A stretch of 54,128 bases of DNA, the filler included, from Sphacelaria rigidula (lineage: Eukaryota), in NCBI GenBank assembly GCA_964200075.2. It is 5 parts of 5 records of this genome, joined end to end, with 100 filler letters (N's around TTAATTAATTAA, not from the genome) between each part and the next. Parts side by side here need not be neighbours in the genome. Positions count along the whole stretch, not along the records: positions 10,847 to 21,592 come from CAXNAA020005981.1; positions 21,693 to 32,438 come from CAXNAA020005982.1; 3 more parts are not named here. One strand, 5' to 3'. The notes under the pieces were generated by a model. That model saw nothing but the letters and a program-made list of their open reading frames with translations, ran no database searches and was not told the origin of the DNA. Below are positions 12,078-23,443 of this stretch, piece after piece. Made by a program: the position numbers and the translations under genes. Positions within the stretch are counted from its first letter, which is position 1; the number at the start of each line of letters is the position of its first letter.

Positions 12078-15000
12078 TTAATCCTTAAAAAAGAGCTCCT
12101 TGCACTGCGCCATGGTGTCAGCTGGCGAAGTGACCGTGTGCCCAATAGTCCTCTCCGACTCGAATATCTCATGGTCGTTCCCACCCTGTCCACGCAAGGA
12201 CACCAGCAATCATGGGAAAACGACGCAGTGCAAAAGAAGGCACGCACACGGAAGCGATCAAAACGAGGAGCACATTCTGTAACGTTTCCTTAATTTTCCC
12301 CCCGTGAGCCGGTGGACGCAAAGTAGTAAATGGCAGTCGTGCTCCACCAAATTTCGTGATATAACCGCAAAATGCCGAAGAACCATCACTGAGACGCGAC
12401 GGTATAACCTCTGGTGCGTCAAAGGCTGTGGTCAAAGCAACACAGCAATAATATCCAAGCATGGGCAAGTAGATTTGGCGTTTTTATGACCTCATGTTGT
12501 CTCACAGAGGTTGAAAGAAGAGGGAAAAATGTGTTTAACATGGTACCACAAGTAGACTTCAGGTCAAGACAGATGATGAAAATACTGCAACAAAAACCTT
12601 CAGTCGGAAGAGCGCTTCTTAGTTCGTCCATATCCGGGATGACATTTTGCCCAACGGTTCCTTTGGGTCTTCGCAACCCAGTGTCGACATGAACAAGGGG
12701 CAGCTTATCCCTCGACGGGAAGCAATTGGGGATCTTCATTATAATGTCATTTTTGACCAGTCGACACACGGAAGTCACACAGGGACATGCATAAATAAAT
12801 TTGAAACTACCTCCTTCGCGGCCAAGAAGAGCCATCAACAAGAAAATGGGGGGGGGGGGGGGGGGGGGGGGTTTCGGTTTCGTTGTGTCGTTGGTGGGGG
12901 AGGAAACGCCCCCCCGCTGTGGGGAGAGGGNNNNNNNNNNGAGGGGCGGGGAGGAGGGGAGGGGGGGGGGGGGGGCGGGGGGGAGGGGGGGGGGGGGTGG
13001 GGGGGGGGGGGGGGGGCGTACTCATTAGTTGCTCCCTAGTCGTTAGATGATAGGCCACGCATCCCTCTCGAGACGGAGCAAGAGAAGGGGGAGAGGAAGG
13101 GGTTACCTTGAAAGTCTTGTCGCCGAAGAAGTGAATTTCGTCAAACTCTGTCTTCCCCTCTCCCAAAAACTGAAGGCAGAACGTCTTGTCCCATCCCTGT
13201 TCGGGCAGACAAGAACAAAAAAGATTTCAACAGGAAGAAAAAAACGCAGCGGCCAAGTAGCCACATCAAACACGCACAAAACGTCGGGAGAAGGGGCCGG
13301 AATACACGGACACTCTAATAACGAGGGATGAAAAAAGAGAAGGGATGAAAAAGATACTCCTCGGCAGAAGGAAATATCGATAGAGTCGACTCAGTGTAGG
13401 GATGAAAGCGGCACGTTTTCATGCCACAACAAAGGCCCAAGATTATATCCCTCGTAAAAACGCACAGGAGACGCAAAAGTGGAGACGATCAGAGCGATCG
13501 ACCATTCAAATGTGACGCGTGTGTGCCGCCGTCCATTACATTCGTCCAGCGCGTCGGAAAAAAAACACGAAAGTCCATCACAACAGCACTATCAGCCTTT
13601 GACCCTCAATCAAGCTCTCACCATGTTCATCAAAAAAATTACGTGAGGTGGACTCCACGTCTGACCCTCATACGACACTCCGCCGATCCGGCCAGACACA
13701 CGGAATCAGGGGAGGGGAGGGGGGGGACGGAAAGACTAGAGAGGGGGATGGAAAATAAGCTACAGAGAGCCACCACCGCTACTTGGCCGTCTGAAAGTAT
13801 CTTCAAAAAGTGGTAATGTACGAGTGGCACACAAGCACCGTATCATACTGCTCCGACTCACGGTGGGGAAAAGGTCGAAGGAGATTTGCCCGCCTATCGA
13901 GAACGTAAGGTCGAGGTCCGCGAACTCTTTCCGCATCGCCGCCACCATTGTCTCGCGGATCTTGTGCTCCTGCAATAAAAAAAAAGGGATCAAGGACGGG
14001 GGACGAAGAAGACTTGACTAGCCCATCAGATCGGGGACCTGCCTACTCATGATAATCGCAACACGTGCGATGTGCTTAGTCGGAGAGAAGCAAGGAGTGC
14101 TGATCATGCCCCGACACAACAGGCCGCAACAAGGTACCTCGGGGGCATTTCCGACTCATGAGAACCATGGAATTACAGCGATAGTCTGTACTTCCATGAT
14201 GATGCTCCGTTGAGAGAAGAGATGCAAGCATTCAAGCCGAGAAGAGCGTTCTCAACATATGATTATGCACCACGACACAGGATTAGCTGTCTTTGCAGCC
14301 GAATGTGGAAGAAGCGGGGGGGGAGGAGGGGGGGGAGGGCTGAGGGGGCGAGAAAAAAAAGTGGGAAATTGAGTAAAAAAAGAATAGATTGCACTGAGGG
14401 CGCAAGAGCAAATAACTCCAAGATGCTTGACTGATTCAGTCCGTCACTCGTTGTTTGCTTGCTCGTCGCGCATCATCTGATACCAGAGTTATCCAACCGC
14501 TGTCACAAGAAACCTCGGGCAACACTCGCCATATGGGGAAACTTGCCTTGTCGTATATCTCGAAAGCATCTCGTTCCTCCTGGCTACAGTTCCTGCCTAC
14601 GGGAGAGATGTTGAGCATACCGGTGCGGAACTCGATGAAGGTGCCCCTGTGATATTCGGGAATTCCCCGTCGCATCCGGAAACAGACAACCCGGGGATCA
14701 GTTTCGCACGGTCGAACGGTCGGAAAGAGGAAGAAGAAGCGGTTGGTGAAGGAAGTACACATCGGCGACATCACAGCGGCCAAGCAAAAGCGCGTCAAGT
14801 TCCAGAGACGAGATGGAGCCACCTGGACAATTCGAACAAACACTATCATGGCCGTTTGTAAACTCTCACCTCCGGTCTCACAAGGCGAGTAACAAGTGCA
14901 TGAGTACGCCCCCCACTTCATAACATGCACCACAACGTGCATTCCGGATCATCACTGATCCCCGCAGCTCGTTCTTTCACACTGCTCAACAAACGCAGAG

Positions 15001-18000
15001 GTTATTCCATATTCTACGGTGGTTAATATTATGGCCGATTCGCGACATCTGGCGCTCATCGACGGTTCCAGGACGTCCTTGGAGGACTTCTTTCTTCGTC
15101 GGATTCTCGACACCACCATACAATCGGAGCGATTTTTCTCGTCCATCCATTCATCGATCTGCCCTCGTCTTTCGGATATCCCCCCTTCCCCCCCTTTCCC
15201 CCCCAATCCTCTTTCCCGACACATACTCCACTACGCCACGCACTGAGAAGAAAAAAGCATATGTTCATCATTGAAGCTCGCTGGCGGATTGCCTCACCGG
15301 TGCTGCACCAACCTACCCATATACCCATTTATTTACTTCCACTTTTGACTGGGGAGCGTTCATTCATGGACTTTCACTACAAGAGCATTGCGGCATGTAA
15401 AGCCAACAAGTTCTTTGTGGCAGATCGATTGGCCACCACACATTCGCGTGACCTCTCACGCATCCCCTCGCAGTCTCCAGAGAGACGTACCCGGAGGAGT
15501 GAAAACACACGGACGATACTTTTGTCGACGGAAGCTCGAGAAAAGTGCAGTCGGAAATTTCAAGGAGCATGATGCACGAAAAACAAAAGTGAAATGATAA
15601 ACCAAGACTGTTTTTTACAATTGGTATTGGGGGGAAGGAGGGGGGGAGCATTCTCCCCACTTGTGCGATATTTGAAACGGTCTTTGGCGCGCGAATAAGG
15701 GATGTCACTGCCACACGTCTGGGACACGTCGCAGCAGCACCCCGAGGGGAGTCTAGCCCACTTTTCCGATTCGCTTGGCTCCGAGGTTTCAAGTATTACT
15801 TGTGAACATGAGCCCAGATGGACAACAAGATGCGGTGTCTGCGAGTATTCATCCAAGATATATTCAAGACGTGTGATGTGATATCCCTCGTTCGGACACC
15901 AAAGGCCGTGTCAAATGTCCCACAAGTGAAAATAGTGTCCCCCGCGCCCCCCCCTTCCCTCCCTCTCCCCAAGAAAAAGCACCATCCGTGAGAAATTGTC
16001 GGGGAGCCGCAAAGAGATGCGGAAAAAAAAGCGAGATCAATGAATGGAGGAGCAAAACTCATAGTGAGAACTTCACAGCCCAACGAAGCCCAAAATCAAA
16101 ATCCGTGCGATTTTCTCCCCCTTTTTCATCACCCACCTTTTCACTGGGATCTCGATACCCGACATGTACTTGAGGACCCAGTTGATGATCCTCTTCAAGT
16201 TGTCCTCTCCCAAGTGGGTGGAGATTGTCTACGAGCCGCAGGAAACAAGTCGATGAAAAACACAAAAAAAACGACCGGGCACGCAGTGCAGCCAGCAGTC
16301 ACCAGCGTAGTACATGGGCAGCACACATTGCAGGGGGAACGGGCAGCGAGTTAAGGGTGTTGGGAGGGCGGACGCGCGGTCAACAGCGTTCATCATGATA
16401 TGTGCCAAACACCCATCCATGAGAATTTCTACGGAAAAAATCGCTTGTGTCGCCCACACAGATCAAACCCTAGTTGCTGGACATGAGGAAGATACGCGTG
16501 AATTTGACGTTGACGGCGAGATTTTCGGAAATTTCAGGGGTCTACACGTTACACGTGCCATAGGGTTATACGTAACGTTAACGAAAAAAAACTTTATGAT
16601 GTAACGGGGGCGTAAGGTTGAAATTCCAAGTGAAACGTCAACGTAACGTTTTTTTCCAACGTGACGTACGTAACGTAACGTGAACGTTCAATTGCACAAA
16701 CGTCCAAATCAGGTAATATGAACCGTTTCATGTAAGGTGTAACGTCTATTTACGTTACACGTTAAACGTAACGTTATATATGACGTTACACGTTACATGA
16801 AACGTCAAGAACACGTCACATCATGACACGCAGTGGTGAAACTTCAAGTTTATATGAAATTTCAAATCCTAGAAGGTGGTGCTTGAATAAACGCGAGTGA
16901 GTTTGAATGACCATGGTATAGGTATGGTACTAGTGCAGAAATTTCGCGCGCAATAGATACAGCACTCTGCTGTCGTGTCGGGGTGTACGGTCCGTACTGA
17001 CTGTGTGTACTACTGTAATACATTGCCTGAGCAACACATGGTGGGCTGCGTGACGCAAGACGATCAGTACGAACACCGCCTCGCTGTACTAGTAACTCAC
17101 TGTAGAATTGACGGCTGTACTCCTCACTGCACGGTAGGACTTGACTGAAAGGAAAGGATGGACAAGAGTACACACAACAGTACTGTGTTGTATGCATCGG
17201 CTGTGAACTTCTTCGTGGGATTGAGAGTAGAGCGCTGATTGGGAGTGGCTTTGTTCATTCGCTTGAACTCAGCCAATCATCCATCCCGTGTACGCTTCTT
17301 CTCCCCTCCATAACTGGCGTGTGCTTGAAGCTACCCGTCGATACTCTACCCAAGGATATAAAGGGCCTCAGTGACAAGTTACTACAGAAGGACTAGTGGG
17401 CCTCGTGGAGGGGCATTTCGGAACTGAAACGGGTATTTCATTAATTGGCCGCATTTCACGAAAACTTTGTTTGTAGTGATGGCTTGGCTGGCATCATCAC
17501 TGCTGTCGCTGGTTCTCGGGAGCAGTCAGTGTTTTGCTTCACTGTCCTTCGCTCGCCAGTAGCGTGATGGCCCTCACCTCTTACCCCCGTGAGAACAAAG
17601 CAGGGCAGGGTCCATGACGAGTGCTGTCAGACACTCTGTATGTAGGTTGCACAATAATGTAGTTCAGTTCCGGTTTGTGAATAGATGCAGCAGATGCAGC
17701 GTGTTGCGAACAGAACTCTAATACAGTACAGACTGCCCAAGCACCCAAGGCCTGCAGACACTACAGCAGAAGCACTATTGCTTATCCTGTGGTCTTTTAT
17801 GTACGGTCAGTGTGGTCCTGTCTCTACCATTCTTGGGTGCGTGGGCGGTCTGTACCGCATCGCGAGTGCCATTTGCATCACGCCGCATGCAGACCTGAAA
17901 TGCGAGCCATAATACTCTCTGTGCAAACCAAACACAAGAGTGTTTGTGCAGCATTCGTCATGAACCGTGCCCTGTGCTGTTGTCATGGGGTGAAGACCTA

Positions 18001-19724
18001 CCATGATACTGGCGAGCGAAGGAATATGAAGCAACACGCTGACTACCTGCGAGCACCAGCGACAGCAGTGGTGATGTTAGCCAAGCCACCCATGGCTGCT
18101 GTCATGGGCTCCAGTGTGTGCTGGCGAGCGGCGGGGGATTTCAAACGCGTTTTCTGATCACATATGGAGTGGGTCATCAGAAAACGCGCTTTTTCCTTCA
18201 GCTTTCTTCATACACGAGAACTCGCCGACGGGTCACCGTCAGCGTCACGTACACGGAAACATCACGCCTTAAACGGCACGTTACAATGCCTCAAACACTG
18301 GTAAATGAGCCGGAACATGCACAGAATGAAACGTTACATTCGAACGTTACACTTGTCAATGTAACGTTACATTAGACGTGACACGGGACATTGAAACGTT
18401 TCATATCATGTTACATGTAATGAAACGTAACGCTAACTTTCTTTTAAGTGATGAACGTAACGTGCTAATTCATTCAACGTGACATACGAAACGTGAACGT
18501 TAAGTAATTGTTACGTGATGAACGTGACGTGAACGTTAACATGTAACGTGTAGACCCCTGGAATATTTCAACTATTCCACTGTAAATCTAGCCTTGGTCT
18601 AGTCATCAGGGAGGCTTAGGTGTTGTTGGAAAATAAACAAGAGACACCGATGGACAGACACGCAGGCACACTTGTGGAGTATGACAAACCTTGGTGCCGA
18701 TGAGTTCGCCAGCCTTGTACGCCACCAGACCGTTTTGGGAGAAGCTGTAGTCGTAGTCCTGCATCACTGTTTTTTGCGTTTCGATTCATTTTCCACAAGC
18801 AGCAACAGTTTGATTATTTCAGAGTGACGCGGACAACTTCGGTTCACTCTTTTTCCAAGACCCCTGACATCATGTGTGAGCTCGTCTCCAGCTGTTGTCA
18901 CGGCTTTCACAAAAGTTCAACTAAATACCTGGTAACCAACCACGACGCTATTCCAGCACATTAGTTCTTCTACTCATGGTATTTCGGGATTTTCCTTGTA
19001 TGCACCCGTGTTCATCGTGCAGTATAGGAAATTCTACAGCGAGAATTTTGAAGAATCCCACCCACCATGATAGTGGCCATCGACAGTGAGATCACGAATC
19101 TATAATTCTCCGTACGGGAATTACTGATGAGTATACCGTAGCTACGCTTCTGCAAACTATGGTGTTTGTGTTGCATCCAACACTTCAATGCCCAGTTTTT
19201 TTAGTTGGGGTGGAGTTGAACGCGGCACAAATTAGTTGCATCGAGGCGTTCCAGCTCGGTTCGTTTCGGTCCAGTTTTCATATCTGATGAGTGACCATAG
19301 ATGCCTACACAAAAACTTAAGGATTCGAGAGCCGAAAACTGCTGTTGCCACGACAATGCCCTGTGTCATTATTCATCGTGCGTGAGCGTTTGACCTTGTG
19401 CGAAGGTGAGTCGGTGATCGCCATGCCAGCAGAGCACTCGCTATGATCATGTTTGTGCGAAGATTGCAAGGCTCGTGTGAGCGCATCTGTCCAGGGGGGC
19501 AGAATCTAGAGAAAGACAAGAATGTGCGCCCATTCCCAGACAGCTTAAATCATCCACGACTCGGCAAGAGTTAATTTTTTCACCACAAAGATAAGTCCCA
19601 CCGTCTCCTCACCAGACTCCCCCAGTTGCTCCTTTTGCTTGGGCAAGTCAGAGCCGCCCACAACGCCGATGGTGATGCGCTCCCGGAGCTTGGCCATGAA
19701 CTCCACCATATCAGGCAAAACCTC
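12078..19724 (-). CDS. PMM: Eukaryotic phosphomannomutase (HAD IIB), 5'-partial; exons 19724-19613, 18766-18690, 16228-16137, 14646-14547, 13969-13862, 13196-13107, 12185-12078
   Basis: Spliced translation has PMM motifs [81 protein letters not shown] and [28 protein letters not shown], ending KELFFKD*. All intron phases are consistent. The DxDGT first exon is absent from the contig. Confidence 0.96.
15660..15950. repeat. Interspersed repeat shared with 21195-21480
   Basis: GGAGTCTAGC.CACTTT...GATTCGCTTGG(G)CTCCGAGGT...CATGA..CCAG occurs in both places. Both are near ATTGGTATTGGGGGG tracts, and 21490-21562 also matches 13014-13080. Confidence 0.6.
17238..17364 (+). promoter_or_regulatory. 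Putative Pol II promoter: inverted CCAAT, CCAAT and TATA boxes
   Basis: ATTGG at 17238-17242, AGCCAATCA at 17271-17279 and TATAAA at 17357-17362, ~120 nt upstream of the hairpin. Confidence 0.35.
17480..18088 (+). ncRNA. Candidate long hairpin RNA (~270-nt arms, 80-nt loop)
   Basis: 17480-17750 is an imperfect reverse complement of 17831-18088. It includes a 34-bp uninterrupted stem with 3 G.U (17480-17513 with 18055-18088) and a 17-bp perfect stem (17545-17561 with 18007-18023). Transcription is not demonstrated. Confidence 0.45.
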
Positions 19725-20242
19725 CTTTAAATTCCGTAGAACACGATCACACCGCCGAGAGGCATACATTGTTTCGTGAGATTGCTTTCGTCACAAGTAC
19801 ATACGGCCGTGTATGAACGTTCGGCTATTTCCCCAAATGTCGACACTTCTGCACAGACGCATGCTCACCCATCCGACTTCATTATATCGCTCGTGCGTAT
19901 CTTTACTTTGTCCGTCTCATTCTCCCCCTCCCACTTTGACGGAATTCAGACCACCGCCGACGAAGTATGAGAGCATCATGAGCCGCAGGGTGGCGTGGGA
20001 GTGTAATCCAACAGGAATACTAAATATAAAGAGTCTTTGCTCCATACCCTGGACAACAGACAGCACTGTAAAAAAGTGTAGTCTGGACATTGACGAATAT
20101 TTCGTCCACCGTGACAGACCGTAGGTTGTAAACGGTACCCAACACATGTTTTATTGACGATGTAATTGATTGCCCAGCGCGCGCCTTGTTGTAAGTAGGC
20201 AGGCCGCGTGGAACAAAAGATGAAAGCTGTCACGGGGTTTGA

Positions 20243-20352
20243 CCCTTAGGCCGTCGGAGGTGGTCCAGTGGTGAATCGTCATCATTTCAGTCCTTTCCTA
20301 ACAGAGGAAGTGATGCCGATCGATAATTGCACCACCTCCGATGGTCAAAGGT
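20243..20352. mobile_element. Related piggyBac-type MITE
   Basis: TTGA-CCCTTAGGCCGTCGGAGGTGGT...ACCACCTCCGATGGTCAAAGGT-TCAA, sharing the internal GATGCCGAT. Confidence 0.6.
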
Positions 20353-21592
20353 TCAACCCCTAGATAGCGACCGCCCGCAAGTGGACTGAAGTGGACTATG
20401 CCACATTCGGGGTTCAGAACAGCCACGTTTTTTTGTCAACACATGAATGTTTGATTTCTATATAAAAAAAGCAGTTGAGGAGCACTCCAGGTCGGTCTAG
20501 ACGTTGCAGTCAATTGCGTGCACAGTCAGTATGTGTGCTGTGTCTTCGCTGGGTATCGGCAGGAAACAGTCAGCGTGCCATCGCTCTCCGCTGACCACCG
20601 TCTACTGCACAGTGCTGATGTCTGCTTGGTGCTCCACACCCATGCAGGTAGTGTGACGCTATGCTGGCAAGACATGAGGGGTCGGGCAGGTGGTATACCC
20701 TATGTAGAAGCACATCGTTTATGTCCATGATAATCGAGGCTGAGTTGTCGTGGCCAAATGAGAAATACGGCTCGACAGCAAATTTGTCATCTGTACGGGA
20801 GTAATATCACCATTTTGATAGCCGTGATTGGTCAGAAGTGTCAGTCCGCTCCTCTCTGGCCTCGTCCCTGGCTTATAATTCTCCATGAGAAACTTTTCAA
20901 CAGGTGGTCTGTGACTTTTCTGCCAATAGGACTCTACCCGCCTGTAAAAAAAAGAAAGTCCGCTGGGAATTCTGTCATGTGTTCCTGGACCGTCAGCCTG
21001 TGAAACTGTTCGGAGGCGACGCTCGCTGTCTGACATATGGCCACCGCGAGAGTAGGCCATCTGCTAAATCAGCATCAATTCCACTTGAAAAAGTATGCAT
21101 AATCCAGATGGACTACCCTTGCGGTAGGAAGGTCAAGGCCGTTTCCTAGGGCGGGTATTTTCTCGGGAGAGGTACGTATTTCCTTTTTGTACTTTTGTGG
21201 GACGGTTGGCACGGGTTTTGGCCGCGAAACAGGGGATATTGCCATCACACGTTTTACAAACTTTGCATCACTACATCGAGGAGTCTAGCGCACTTTATAC
21301 TGCTAGGATTCGCTTGGGCTCCGAGGTATCGAGAATGACCTCTGCACATGAATCCAGCTTGCCAAAAACTGCAGTGCCTGCAGGTATGTCGGAGGCTACG
21401 GGGCTACAAGGCTCCTCTCAGTGGGATGACGCAAACCAAGACATGTGTTGGCGATCTTCCCCGTTTAAGGGCTTCCAACGATTGGTATTGGGGGGGCGTA
21501 CTCATTTGTTGCTTGCCTTAGTCATTTGACCATTGACCACGCATCCCTTTCGAGACGGAGCATTGGTATTGGGGGGGGGGGGGGGGGGGGGG

Positions 21593-21692
21593 NNNNNNNN
21601 NNNNNNNNNNNNNNNNNNNNNNNNNNNNNNNNNNNNTTAATTAATTAANNNNNNNNNNNNNNNNNNNNNNNNNNNNNNNNNNNNNNNNNNNN
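21593..21692. other. Artificial contig spacer
   Basis: N44-TTAATTAATTAA-N44. Confidence 0.97.
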
Positions 21693-22823
21693 GAGTAGTG
21701 ATGCGGCGGCCGCGGGCGCAACCGCGAAAGAGAAAACACTCGCGGAACCTACGGAACGTTGGACTGGCAAAGGAAACCGCGGAGAGCGCTTCAACCGATG
21801 GCGGTGGTGGATCCGGCTCTCCGATTGCCGTTGACTCCGCTCCCCGTCCGCGTTGCCGTGGTTTCGCAGCAGCAGCTGCAGCCCACGCGCAAGTGAGCGG
21901 TGCCGTGGCCGGACCCTCGAATTCAACACGTCAATTGGAGAGCATCGTCCACCGAGAATTGGAGGCTTTCAAGACAACATCTGGGGTAGACATGTCGAGC
22001 TATGACAAGGATGGCAAGCTGGTTCTCGAGGACCCACTGCAGTGGTGGCGTGTTAAGGCGCGGGAATACCGCATGCTGGCCGCACCGGCTCGCCGGGTGT
22101 TGTGCATTCCCGAGTCCCAAGCCCAGTCGGAACGTGTGCTTCGGCAGCGGGCCAAATCGCAACGCCGACACGTTCTCGGCTCGACCCCGAACACGTAGAG
22201 CTCATGGTATTCCTTCGCTATCCTGCCCGAGGCAGACAAGTTGAATGGAGGGGAGAAGAGGAAAGCCTAGGAAGCGGCAGCATTGGGCCTTGCTCGCGTA
22301 CGATAGGCTTTGATTTGGGCAGTGAACAATTGGTGTAAGGCCCGAAGCGAAGACGTGGGCGTAACATTAGTAACAGTAGCATCCTCCTATCCTGAGTCTA
22401 TCTGCTACCTATCTGCTATATATTTTGGACGCGTGCACACGCGCGGAATNNNNNNNNNNCCTGCTAGCCGCTCAGCTCTACTACTTTTGGTAGCCAGCTA
22501 TCCGGCTGTTCCTAGGTGCACAAGTAGCAGCACGTGCCTACACTTCTCCTTTTTCACGTGTTTTTTTCTGTCTTTTCCCCCATGTTTTCTGCATGTAGTG
22601 AAGTCCATTCCGGTTCCAGCAACCCTCGATTTCGCACGGATTTTGAAGGCACATAAAGCCAAATGGCCCAAGTTTTCTGCCTCCGGCGGCGCCTCCAGCG
22701 AGGCCCCCTCACCAGCCGGGGGGGGGCGATGGTGACTCGCTTCGCTCGCCGTTCATCGGTATATCGGCTGCGCCGATATCCGATGTTTAACAGATCGGAA
22801 AACGTAGACGGTTCACAACCCTA
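21693..22823 (+). mobile_element. 3' part of a second hAT transposon (hATC domain remnant plus right TIR)
   Basis: DPLQWW...LAAPARRVLCIPESQAQSERV, then a frameshifted SAAGQIATPTRSRLDPEHVELMVFL. The element ends ...GGTTCACAACCCTA (reverse complement TAGGGTTG...) directly against Gypsy RT sequence. Confidence 0.8.
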
Positions 22824-22984
22824 AGGAAAATAGAAAGCGTCATCCACTCACACTTTTCGGCTCAGACATCGATAAATGTCAGTCAGCACACCTCGGAAAT
22901 ACGCCGTGGTGTTCAACACGCCCTGTGGAACACGAGTAGGCGTAAACAAACCGTCAGGCGTGACGATCGTGGAGATACCCTGAG
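22824..22984 (-). mobile_element. Continuation of the Gypsy RT between the two hAT insertions
   Basis: Minus strand reads QGISTIVTPDGLFTPTRVPQGVLNTTAYF...V*VDDAFYF, in frame with APEAQG on the far side of the hAT TSD. Confidence 0.88.
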
Positions 22985-23013
22985 TAGGGTTGCTCATCAA
23001 CTTAATAATCACG

Positions 23014-23266
23014 GGTGATTATGACTCAAAAGTTGATTTGATTATGCATCAACATTGCATCAACATTTTTATGATTAGTTGATTACAAAATCAACTAATC
23101 AACAACAATCGAATCATTCATAATAACTTGGTTTATTGGTGATTATGACTAAAACGTTTATTTGATTATGCATTAACATTGCATCAACATTTTTATGATT
23201 AGTTGGTTGTAATCGACTAATCAACAACAATCAAATCATTCATAATACCTTGGTTTATTGGTGATT
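23014..23266. repeat. Subterminal ~124-bp tandem duplication in the hAT 5' end
   Basis: GGTGATTATGACT...GGTTTATT units start at 23014 and 23138, with a third start at 23260. Confidence 0.85.
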
Positions 23267-23443
23267 TGTTGATTTTTGGGGGGAAAAGAGGAGGCGTTTC
23301 CGTGTAACGCTATTTTTTGCCTGCGGCGCAACCAATTAACGGAGAGATATGATCCTGACGGCGGACGGCAGCACACAGCAGACTGTGCGCCACACAGCAC
23401 AGCATTCCCGCAGGACGCTGAAAGTTATACACAACACTACATC

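Larger units (their letters stand above)
16535..18560. mobile_element. Non-autonomous hAT-type element (2026 bp) in a PMM intron
   Basis: Perfect 19-bp TIRs CAGGGGTCTACACGTTACA and TGTAACGTGTAGACCCCTG. Flanks GGAAATTT and GAATATTT match 6/8, consistent with an 8-bp TSD. Dense ACGT/TAACGT subterminal motifs at both ends, and no transposase ORF. Confidence 0.88.

Noticed and set aside
16503-16517. FDVDG peptide resembling the missing PMM catalytic motif
   Set aside because: It is on the wrong strand, inside an intron, followed by E rather than T, and has no exon context; coincidental.
19271-19345. Hammerhead ribozyme (CTGATGA ... CGAAA with CAGTTTTC/GAAAACTG pairing)
   Set aside because: There is no room for stem I and stem II does not pair, so the core geometry cannot be built.
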